Shown: positions 24,601 through 35,113 of the stretch, piece by piece
How the letters are laid out: each line of letters begins with the position of its first letter
Position numbering within the stretch: position 1 is the first letter of the stretch
Assembly (NCBI RefSeq): GCF_018977255.1
Contig: NW_024704759.1
Location: 186,001 to 250,000, forward strand
Length of the DNA stretch: 64,000 nt
DNA from: Callorhinchus milii
Taxonomy: Eukaryota
Direction: 5' to 3'
Program-made: the position numbers and the translations under genes
The notes under the pieces: generated by a model
What the model was told of the DNA's origin: nothing
The model's database searches: none
Seen by the model: only the letters and a program-made list of their open reading frames with translations

Positions 24601-27600
24601 CTTTATTAAGATCCAGGGCAACACTATCTCTTTTCGTTCACAGTGCTACACCTCAGCTCGTCACTATATCTTCTCCTGCACAGCAAGCAGAGAATGAAGC
24701 TAAGGCTAGTTCTACCATTACTCTAAATGATTCTGAAGCTACCACCAGCATTCAGATACGATTGGCGGATGGAGGGCGTTTGGTTCAAAAGTTCAACCAC
24801 ACACACAGGTTGGATATGAAATTAATTTTAAGGTTGGCCCTTGTTTCAGGAAGTATGTGCTGTGGGTGGGCTGTGTAAGATGAGATGAGATGTGATGTGT
24901 CATGAGATGAGTGGGTCCTGAATGGAAGTCTGGAAATTTTATTAGAAATCATGAGCCTAAAAAGTACGCTGCTCTGATTAAAATGAAAATAAATGATTAT
25001 TTTGACACAATCCAGAGATGAGGCAAGACTGCCTGACTCGAGCAGAGAGCCCAGAGTAAGCTACGTCCGGAGTGAGGTGAGGCCAGAGTGAGAAGGAATT
25101 GGGTGAGAGTGGGAATTAGGTGCAGAAGGGGAAGTATATCTTCTAAACGACAATAATACAGGGATAAATAGAGTGAGAGGAGAGAATGACCTGGCTGGTG
25201 ATGTGTGAGGAATGTGGTATGTGGGAGTTGATGGAGGGCCCTGAGCCCGGGCGAGTTCATCTGCGGCAAATGTCTGCAACTGAGGAAGCTCCAGCTTAGG
25301 ATAGCTGAGCTGGAGTCTCAGGTGGAGACACTGCGCAGCATTAGAGATGGGGAGAGCTTCCTGGACAGTTTCATCCTGAAGTCAGACACTCCCATGAGAC
25401 TCGGGGAACATTCCGTTGCCAGCCACGGACAGGACTGGGTGATGGTCAGACAGGCGCTTAAGGGGAACTGACAGAGAGGGGCAGAGGAACCCCAGGTTTT
25501 AACCTTGTCCAACAGGTATGAAATACTTACAACCTGTGTGGACAAGGAAGTCTGTGAGGAAGATGGGCAAACTCACTCCAACGCCTCTATACAGAAGGCC
25601 ACACTGGGAATAGTCAGAAAGAATATAGTGGTGATTGGGGATGAGACAGTCAGGAAGACTGACACACTTTTCTGCAGCTGTAGCAAGGAGGCAAGAAGAC
25701 TCTGGGGCCAGGGTGTAGGATGTCACTTCTGGGCTGGAGAAAAATTTGAAACAGGCAGGTGTGGATCCAATAGTTATGATTCACACAGGGACCAATGATG
25801 TAGGGAGGATAGGTAGGGATGAGTTGAGGAGCAAGTTCCGGGAATTGGGAGTTAAGCTAAAGAGTAGAACATCGAAGGTGTTAATATCGGGGTTATTACC
25901 TGAGCCAGGGGCAAATTGGTACAGTAAAAAAAAATTAAAGAGCTGAATACCTGGCTAAAAGAATGGTGCGGAGGGCAGGGGTTTCAGTTTATAGGCCACT
26001 GGCACCAGTATTGGGGGAGACAGGAGCTATTCCAAAGGAATGGACTCCACCTAAACAGGGCTGGGACAAATGTCCTGGCAACACGAATACATAGGGAGGT
26101 AGACAGGGCTTTAAACTACTAAGGGGGGATGTAATCCGTTACAATTAAAATTAGGACCGATGAAAGTGGGAGAGCAGATTAACCAGGGAGATGAGCAAAG
26201 GGTGTCAAACGGGGAAAGGAAGCCCAGGGATAGGGTACTGGTGAATAGGACTAATAGCCTGAAGTCAGAATTAACGGTGCTATATCTGAATGCACAAAGC
26301 ATTCGAAACAAGATAAATGAGTTAAATGCACAAATAGAAACAAACGGGTATGATCTGGTAGCCATCACTGAGACACGGTTACAGAGAGATCAAGGGTGGG
26401 AGCTAAATATTCCAGGGTACGTGGTGTATAGGAAAGATAGGCAATGTGGTAAACGAGGAGTGGGGGGTGGCCCTGCTAATAAAGGATGGGATAAAAACAG
26501 TAGAGAGGAAAGATTTTAAATCAGAAAAGCAGGAAGTGGAGTCAGTATGGGTAGAGGTACGTAACAACAAGAGGTAGAAAAGTCTAGTGGGAGTAGTTTA
26601 TAGACCCCCAAATAGCAGTCACAGTATCTCTCAAGGTATAAATCAGGAAATTAGCAGAGCATGTAGTAAAGGAAAAACATTAATTGTGGGTGATTTTAAT
26701 CTGCACATAGATTGGGTTAACCAAATTGGGAAACGTATGATAGAGGAAGAGTTTATAGAATGTATTAGGGATAATTATCTAGATCAGTGTGCCGAGGAGC
26801 CAACCAGGGAACAGGCCATGTTAGACCTTGTTTTGTGCAATGAAGCAGAGCTGATCAGGAAACTGGAAATTAAGGCTCCTCTAGGGCAAAGTGATCATAA
26901 TATGATGGAATTTAGCATTAAGTTAGAGAGAGAAATAGTTAAGTCCGAAGCAAAGGTTTTAAATTTAAGTAGAGCCAATTTTGCTGGTATGAGAGAGGAT
27001 TTAGCCAAAATAAACTGGGAAATTAGACTTAAGGATTTGACAGTAGACCAGCAATGGCAGATGTTTAAGGAGATAGTGCAAAATTCCCAGCGAGCACGTA
27101 TTCCTTTGAGGAATAAGAATGCCACGGGAAAGGTGGCCCAACCGTGGCTAACTAGAGCAGTTAGGGAAAGTATAAAGTTAAAGGAAGAAGCCTATAAAAC
27201 AGCTAAGATGAGTAGTAAACCCGAGGATTGGGAGAACTTTAGGGATCAACAAAGGAGAACCAAAAAAGTGATTAAGAGGGAGAAAATGGAATATGAGGGC
27301 AAACTAGCGAAGAACATAAAGACAGACTAAGAGTTTTTATAAATATATAAAGCGGAAGAGGCTGTCAAGGGTAAATGTGGGTCCGTTACAGGGGGAGACG
27401 GGAGGAATTATAGTAGGGGACAAAGACATGGCAGAGTCATTAAACAAGTACTTTGCTACTGTCTTCACCTTAGAAGACACTGAAAACCTACCAAGAATAG
27501 AGGGGAACCAAGAAGACAATGTTAGCGAGCAACTTGGGGAATTAATATTAGTAAAGAAATGGTTTTAGGTAAATTGTCAGGTCTTAAAACTGATAAATCT

Positions 27601-29606
27601 CCTGGACCTGATGGCCTACATCCTAGGGTTTTAAAAGAGGTGGCTACTGAGATAGTGGATGGCTTGTCTTTGATCTTCCAAAATTCTCTGGATTCTGGAA
27701 CGGTTCCCATTGATTGGAAGATTGCAAACGTAACACCACTATTTAAGAAGGGTGGGAGAGAAAAGATGGGGAACTATAGACCAGTTAGTCTGACATCAGT
27801 GGTAGGGAAAATTCTTGAGTCCTTAATTAAGGATGTCGTTATGGGATTCCTGGAAGACCATAACAAGATTAGGCAGAGTCAACATGGCTTTACAAAAGGG
27901 AAGTCATGCTTAACTAATCTTTTAGAGTTTTTTGAAGATGTATCTAGTAGGTTAGATAGGGGGGAACCAGTAGATGTAGTATATTTAGATTTTAAAAAGG
28001 CATTTGACAAAGTGCCACACAAAAGGCTATTGCACAAGGTTAAGGCCCACGGGATTAATGGGAACATATTAGCATGGATTGAAGAGTGGCTAACGGGTAG
28101 AAAACAGAGAGTAGGGATAAACGGGTCATTCTCGAATTGGCAGGATGTGACTAGTGGAGTGCCACAAGGATCAGTGCTTGGGCCTCAGCTATTTACAATT
28201 TACATCAATGATCTCGACGAGGACATTGAATGTAACGTATCTAAATTCGCGGATGACACTAAACTCGGTGGGAGAGTAAGCTCTGAGGATGATGCAAAAA
28301 GATTGCAACGGGATATAGATAGGCGAGGGGAGTGGGCGAGTAGGTGGCAGATGGAATTTAATGTGGGGGAGTGTGAAGTTATTCACCTAGGTAGAAAAAA
28401 TAGAAAAACAGATTATTTTCTTGAGGGGGAGAGATCAGATAGTGTTAGTGTGCAGAGGGATTTGGGTGTCCTTGTACACCAGTCTCAAAAAGTTAGTTTG
28501 CAGGTGCAGCAGCAACTAAGAAGGCGAATGGCATGTTAGCGTTCATTGCTAAAGGTTTAGAATATTAGTAGTAGGGAAGTCTTGCTGCAACTGTATAGGG
28601 CCTTGGTGAGACCGCACCGAGAGGATTGTGTGCAGTTTTGGTCTCCTTATTTAAAAAGACATACTTGCCCTGGAGGGGGTGCAGCGTAGATTCACTCGGT
28701 TAGTGCCTGGGATGTGGGGACTGACCTATGAGGATAGGCTGAATAAACTGGGGCTGTATTCTCAAGAGTACAGAAGAATTAGGGGGGATCTTATTGAAAC
28801 ATATAAGAATCTGAAAGGGCTGATAAAGTAGACACTGAGGGACTGTTTCCCCGGGAGGAGAATCTATAACCAGGGGTCACAGTCTGAAAATTAAGGGTCA
28901 GCCTTTTAGAACAGAGTTGAGGAAACATTTGTTCACTCAGAGGGCAGTGAATTTATGGAATTCACTACCCCAGAAGAGCTGTAGATGCTCAGTCCTTGAA
29001 CATCTTCAAGGCTGAGACTGAGAGAGGGATTAGGGGATATGGGGAGAGGGCAGGTAATTAGAGTTAGGTCAGAAGATCAGCCATGATCTTATCGAATGGC
29101 GGGGCAGGGCTCGAGTGGCCGAATGGCCGACTCCTGCTCCTAATTCTTATGTTCTTATGTTCTTATGCTGATGGTATTGCGTTTTGCCAACTATCGGGGA
29201 ATGCCAGTGTGCATCTTGGAATCTGTGGTTACATGGGTAATGTTCAGTACCTTCATTATAAGCAAGACTGTGTGCATGAATTGGGTCAGATATCTGACCT
29301 ATTAAAATAAGCCATTTGACTGACAGCATTGCGACACCTGCTATACTGTGGAAGATTAACCAGTTACTAAAATAAACTGAATTGTTTTTCTCTAATTCCG
29401 TGTAATTGAATGTAATTTCTAATTGATGTTTCTGGGATTACAGCATTCAGGATATCCGGCAGTTTATCGTGAGTGCCCGCCCAGCCCTGGCTTACACTCC
29501 CTTCATCCTAATGACGACCTTTCCCAGTAAAGAGCTGACAGATGAGAACCAGACCTTGAAAGATGCCAATCTGCTCAATGCCGTGATTGTCCAGCGACTA
29601 AAATGA
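12656..29606 (+). CDS. NSFL1C: NSFL1 cofactor p47 (UBA-SEP-UBX), 369 aa. Exons: 12656-12763, 15079-15176, 15945-16013, 22063-22228, 22660-22752, 23299-23408, 23871-24008, 24644-24808, 29444-29606
   Basis: All introns GT-AG with consistent phases (1110 nt). Motifs [68 protein letters not shown]. Confidence 0.96.
12977..13133 (+). repeat. G-rich tandem array (GGGGCTCGGGCGGGGC)n in NSFL1C intron 1
   Basis: Directly visible; G4-compatible on the sense strand. Confidence 0.85.
13735..14560 (-). mobile_element. Internally deleted L2 fragment
   Basis: Minus-strand [10 protein letters not shown] and [11 protein letters not shown] remnants plus an L2 tail. Confidence 0.7.
14617..14890 (+). mobile_element. 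tRNA-derived SINE, diverged
   Basis: GGAGTCCTGTAGCTCAGTGGTTAGAGCAC head and shared body/tail. Confidence 0.85.
16055..18538 (+). mobile_element. L2 LINE ORF2 relic (endonuclease C-terminal part plus RT)
   Basis: [36 protein letters not shown] motifs and an L2 3' tail. Confidence 0.9.
18619..20905 (+). mobile_element. Full-length hAT (Charlie/Buster, GTF2IRD2-like) DNA transposon; transposase pseudogene about 18903-20620
   Basis: TIRs CAGGGTGGGCAA...TTGCCCACCCCTG; 8-bp TSD CTCTAGTA/TTCTAGTA; [37 protein letters not shown] and VRWLS motifs, with stops and frameshifts. Confidence 0.93.
23005..23110 (+). mobile_element. Fragment of a short non-autonomous element, probably hAT-type
   Basis: AACCTTTTGGCTGCCGCGGGCCGGATTCCCTATTTGAGAAAGGTC is shared with about 49395-49520. 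Confidence 0.55.
24130..24437 (+). mobile_element. tRNA-derived SINE
   Basis: Same head, body and tail as the other copies. Confidence 0.87.
25035..29168 (+). mobile_element. Near full-length CR1 LINE in NSFL1C intron 8 (ORF1 Zn-finger/coiled-coil plus SGNH esterase; ORF2 APE plus RT), inactivated
   Basis: ORF1 from about 25186: [36 protein letters not shown]2: [37 protein letters not shown]. Tail (TTCTTATG)n. Confidence 0.93.
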
Positions 29607-30019
29607 TTGGACTTCATTATTTAAACCTTGTGTTTCTGGAATATTTGAACTGTTGGACTTTGCATTAGTTTAACTTGGTGGTTGTGATAAATTGGATAAA
29701 AAGCTTTTAAATGAAACTCATTACTTTAAAGGTTATTAAAAGTTACAAGATATAAGCATTTGGTGGCACAGCTTTTTGTGACTGAGGTATATTCTATTCG
29801 GACAATTGATGTGTAACACTTTTTGCCTGTTTTAAGTGAAACAAATATAAGCTGTTGCACTAAGCCAGCAAATATTATTTTGACTACAATTGTGTTTGTG
29901 GGGATTCCTCACAATTATTTTAAAATTTCAATCAAATATAAGAAGTTCTGAAGTCTATTTGCAATATTAGCAATCTGCCAATCGACTAACAACCGGGTTC
30001 TACTTACTGCTAGGTAAAC

Positions 30020-30132
30020 AGAGGAGTGTGGCGTAACAAAACTTGCCCAAAGTTTTGCCCTGCCCGGGCATCGAACCCAGGTCCTTTCGATTACGAAGCA
30101 AATGCTCTAACCACTAAGCTATCGGACTCCAC
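30020..30132 (-). mobile_element. SINE head, diverged
   Basis: Reverse complement shows A/B boxes and GGCAAAACTTTGGGCAAGTTT. Confidence 0.7.
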
Positions 30133-31084
30133 TAATGTGTCCTTAATAAGGAAGCTGAATCTTGGTCTAGTCCCAGTGATTTCCCCGTGTAGCTGGGTCC
30201 TGTACAGATTTGATACTATGTGAAGCTCAGCTTTGTTTACAGGAAGTGATCAGATAGTGTGGAGGTCTAATAACTAGATGTGTGAGCACAGAACTTTAAC
30301 TGGCTTATCCTCTGGGGAGCGGTGGATAAGCGAGGTCTACTTGGGAGCAGAGCTGGGAGCAGAGCTCCCATTGTTTTTTTTGTTCCTTTTGACTGTAACT
30401 GTCCCTTTAACCTCTCAAATAGTTAATTCCACTTCCCTTTTCAAGGAAAAAATCACCAGTATCAACTGGGAGTCTTGATCCACATATTCTCATTCAATGC
30501 TTCATAAGTTAAACATCAGGCACTTTGAGCAGGTGATGTGATCAGAGCCAATATCACGTGCAAGAATTATTTTTTATAAACTGAGCATTTAAATTTGGGA
30601 TCTGGAAAGGACTGGCGACAATTGTTCAGTGGTGCTGGTGTGTTTTTTATTGAGAAACCAAACAAGTTTTATTTATAATTAGGGAAAAGGAACCATCAGA
30701 ATGCCTGACAAGACTAGGAGAGAAACCAAGATAAGTGGTTAGATGACTTTTTGGATGGAACCAGCTGATACACTCGGAAACCATGATCAACAGCATTCAA
30801 GGCAGAGTTCCAATATTAAGTTACAAACTACACATTGGAAATTCCCCTGTCTGGAATGTCAGGTGATCTCGCCGTTGCCTGGAAGAGATGGAGGAGAAGA
30901 TAGCAACTTCAATTGAGTTTGTCGTCAACTTCATGGAAGCAGATCGGTGCTTCGGTCACTTCTGATGCCAAATGTTCTGCTCTTCTGACCACAGTGTGGC
31001 TAAATCTCAGTCTCTATATCCTCTTTTTTCTGTGCAAACGATTACCGACAATTAATGCAAGGCGCCACTGAGGCACAGCAAGAG

Positions 31085-31605
31085 AACAGAGTTGAGGAAA
31101 CATTTGTTCACTCAGAGGGCAGTGAATTTATGGAATTCACTCCCCCAGAAGGCTGTAGATAATAATAATAATAATCCTTGCATTTGATATAGAGCTTTTC
31201 ACATCTAGACATCCTAACGCGCTTCACAGAATATGCTGTAAAGTGAATTGACTGTAGATTTATGGGTGAATGCGGCAGCCAATTGCGCACAGCAGCGTCC
31301 CACAAACAGTCATGGATTGAAAATGACCAATTTATTATTATTTTTTTTTTTGGAGGGATTATTACTAGTGTGGAGTAAGGAAACTTGCCAAGGTTTCGCC
31401 CTCTGCCTGGAATTGAACTCAGGTCTCTTGCTTGCAAAGCGACTGCTCTAACCACTGAGCTACTGGACTGCACAAACATCGTCAAGGCTGAAACTGATAG
31501 ATTTTTAAAAACAGGGATTAGGGGATATGGGAATAGGGCAGGTAATTAGAGTTACATCAGAAGATCAGCCAAGATATTATCGAATGGCGGGGCAGGGCTC
31601 GAGGG
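31085..31605 (+). mobile_element. CR1 3' fragment split by an antisense SINE (about 31160-31472)
   Basis: Matches about 28905-29115 on both sides of a full SINE in reverse orientation. Confidence 0.82.
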
Positions 31606-31663
31606 ACTTTGTTTGTGGGGAATATAGTTTTTCACAAGATAACTTTTTGAATCTACGCTACAC

Positions 31664-32346
31664 AATTTGTTGTTGCCACTTTTTCCAAGTACAATAATAA
31701 ACAGGATGCAATCAATAAGCAATCAATAATCAATAAAACCTCAGAATTTTTACTATGACCTGCCATGTATTAGATGCCTGGTATTTATTTTGATCATGTG
31801 AGTGTTTCGTACATGCAGAAACCCATCACCATGCTTAAGAGAATGGAAACCAGACAGAGATCTACATTTGAATACTAGTTACACATGGAAATTTCCCTGT
31901 GTCTGGAATGGAATGTGCATTCTCATGAGAGAAGGATCCTGCTTAACTCATTTCTGAGGCGATTAGGCACAGATTGCTGACAGGAAAGGCTGGGAGACCC
32001 AGAGTGTGTATTGGGGAAACTGTCGAGTTAACCAAATGGGAAGAATCCCTGCTCCCAGTCTACCTCTCCAAGTCCTCCTGATGAGCTTGGTTGTGTCATC
32101 TATCATCAGCAGTGCCTTAGAGTACAGCAAACCTGTCTACCTCAGGAACTGAACTAGAGACCACCACAGATGGTTGCCTCGGTTCTGACATTTCGTTGTG
32201 TACTGTGTCACCTTGGAACAGCTCAGCTTGAAAGAAACTGCACTTTCCCTGCACCCTCCAGAGGACAGATAGGTAAGTATAAGGAGATTCCACACTCCTA
32301 GCTTTGTAAATAATTAAATCATCCCCCTCTACCTGACACAAAATTG
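31664..32346 (+). repeat. 683-bp segment, copy 1 of an inverted duplication
   Basis: Reverse complement of 62239-62921; one mismatch seen. Confidence 0.93.
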
Positions 32347-32399
32347 TTAATTGTACAACTGAAGCGTTGCGTTTCTCATCAAAGACGCACATTCTCATT

Positions 32400-34972
32400 G
32401 GCTCTCCCCCCCCCCCCCCCCCCCCCCCCCGGGCTCCCCCCCCCCCCCCCGGGCTCCCCCCCCCCCCCCGGGCTCCCCCCCCCCGGGCTCCCTCCCCCCG
32501 GGCTCCCTCCCCCCCCCCCCGGGCTCTCCTCCCCCCCCCCCCCCGGGCTCTCCTCCCCCCCCCCCCGGGCTCTCCCCCCCCCCCCCCCCCCCCCCCCCCG
32601 GGCTCTCCTCCCCCCCCCCCCCGGGCTCTCCTCCCCCCCCCCCCCCGGGCTCTCCTCCCCCCCCCCCCCCGGGCTCTCCTCCCCCCCCCCGGGCTCTCCC
32701 TCCCCCCGGGCTCTCCTCCCCCGGGCTCTCCTCCCCCCCCCCCGGGCTCTCCTCCCCCCCCCCCGGCCTCCTCCCCCCCCCCCGGGCTCTCCTCCCCACC
32801 CCCCCCGGGCTCTCCTCCCCCCCCCCCCCGGGCTCTCCTCCCCCCCCCCGGGCTCTCCTCCCCCCCCCCGGGCTCTCCTCCCCCCCCCCGGGCTCTCCTC
32901 CCCCCCCCCCCGGGCTCTCCTCCCCCCCCCCCGGGCTCTCCTCCCCCCCCCCCCGGGCTCTCCTCCCCCCCCCCCCCGGGCTCTCCTCCCCCCCCCCCCC
33001 GGGCTCTCCTCCCCCCCCCCCCCCCGGGCTCTCCTCCCCCCCCCCGGGCTCTCCTTCCCCCCCCCCCGGGCTCTCCTTCCCCCCCCCCCGGGCTCTCCTC
33101 CCCCCCCCCCCCGGGCTCTCCTCCCCCCCCCCCCGGGCTCTCCTCCCCCCCCCCCGGGCTCTCCTCCCCCCCCCCCGGGCTTCCTTCCCCCCCCCCCGGG
33201 CTCTCCTCCCCCCCCCCGGGCTCTCCTCCGCCCCCCCCCCGGGCTCTCCTTCCCCCCCCGGGCTCTCCTTCCCCCCCCCGGGCTCTCCTCCCCCCCCGGC
33301 TCTCCTCCCCCCCCCCCGGGCTCTCCTCCCCCCCCCCCCGGGCTCTCCTCCCCCCCCCCCCGGGCTCTCCTCCCCCCCCCCCCCCCCCGGGCTCTCCTTC
33401 CCCCCCCCCCCGGGCTCTCCTCCCCCCCCCCCCCGGGCTCTCCTCCCCCCCCCCCCCGGGCTCTCCTCCCCCCCCGGGCTCTCCTCCCCCCCCCCCCGGG
33501 CTCTCCTCCCCCCCCCCCCGGGCTCTCCTCCCCCCCCCCCGGGCTCTCCTCCCCCCGGGCTCTCCTTCCCCCCCCCCGGGCTCTCCTCCCCCCCCCCGGG
33601 CTCTCCTCCCCCCCCCCCCCGGGCTCTCCTCCCCCCCCCCCGGGCTCTCCTCCCCCCCCCCCCCCCCGGGCTCTCCTCCCCCCCCCCCCCGGGCTCTCCT
33701 CCCCCCCCCCCCGGGCTCTCCCCCCCCCCGGGCTCTCCTCCCCCCCCCCCGGGCTCCCCCCCCCCCCCGGGCTCCCTCCCCCCCCCCGGGCTCTCCTCCC
33801 CCCCCCCCCCCCCCCCCCCCCCCGGGCTCTCCTTCCCCCCCCGGGCTCTCCTTCCCCCCCCCGGGCTCTCCTTCCCCCCCCCGGGCTCTCCCCCACCCCG
33901 GGCTCTCCTCCCCCCACCCTCCCCCGGGCTCTCCCCACCCTCCCGGGCTCTCCTTCCCCCCCGGGCTCTCCCACACCCTCTCGGGCTCTCACACACCCCC
34001 CTCGGGCTCTCCCCCACCCCCCGGGCTCTCCCCCCCCCCCCCGGGCTCTCCCTACCCCCCGGGACTCTCCCCTACCCCCCCGGGACTCTCCCCTACCCCC
34101 GGGCTCTCCCCTACCCCCCGGGCTCTCCCTACCCCCCCGGGCTCTCCCCTACCCCCCCGGGCTCTCCTCCCCCCCCCCCCGGGCTCTCCTCCCCCCCCCC
34201 CCGGGCTCTCCTCCCCCCCCGGGCTCTCCTCCCCCCCCCGGGCTCTCCTTCCCCCCCGGGCTCTCCTCCCCCCCCCCCCCCGGGCTCTCCCCTCCCCCCC
34301 GGGCTCTCCCCTACCCCCCGGGCTCTCCCCTACCCCCCCGGGCTCTCCCCTACCCCCCGGGCTCTCCCCTACCCCCGGGCTCTCCCTACCCCCCGGGCTC
34401 TCTTCCCCCCCGGGCTCTCTTCCCCCCCGGGCTCTCTTCCCCCCGGGCTCTCCCCTACCCCCCCCAAGTCTCTCCTCCCCCCCCCGAGGCTCTCCCCCCC
34501 CCTCCCGAGGCTCTTCCCCCCCCTCCCGGGCTCTCCCCCCCCCCCCCCGGGCTCTCCCCCCCCTCCCGGCTCTCCCCCCCCCCCCGGGGCTCTCCCCCCC
34601 CTCCCGGGCTCTCCCCCCCCCCCGGGGCTCTCCCCCCCCTCCCGGGCTCCCCCCCCCCCGGGGCTCTCCCCCCCGGGCTCTCCCCCCCCCACCCCGGGGC
34701 TCTCCCCCCCCCCCCCCGGGCTTCCCCCCCCCACCCCGGGCTCTCCCCCCCCCCCACCCCCGGGGCTCTCCCCCCCCTCCCGGGCTCTCCCCCCACCCCC
34801 GGGGCTCTCCCCCCCCCCCACCCCCGGGGCTCTCCCCCCCGGGGCTCTCCCCCCCCCACCCCGGGGCTCTCCCCCCGGGACTCTCCCCCCCCCACCCCGG
34901 GGCTCTCCCCCGGGGCTCTCCCCCCCACCCCGGGGCTCTCCCCCCCCCCCACCCCCGGGGCTCTCCCCCCCA
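32400..34972. repeat. About 2.6-kb C-rich minisatellite (CCGGGCTCTCCTCn)n
   Basis: Directly visible; variable C-run length, with unit variants drifting along the array. Confidence 0.95.
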
Positions 34973-35113
34973 TCAGGACATGGCCGCGGTGCCCGGGGCC
35001 GTGACGCTGGTGAGTGGCGGCTCTCGATCACAATCCTGCGCTGTGACGCCGTCGAGACACCGACTCTGCCTCAGAGAGAGCAGCGGCCGATTACACACAG
35101 CGGAGCCTCTGGG

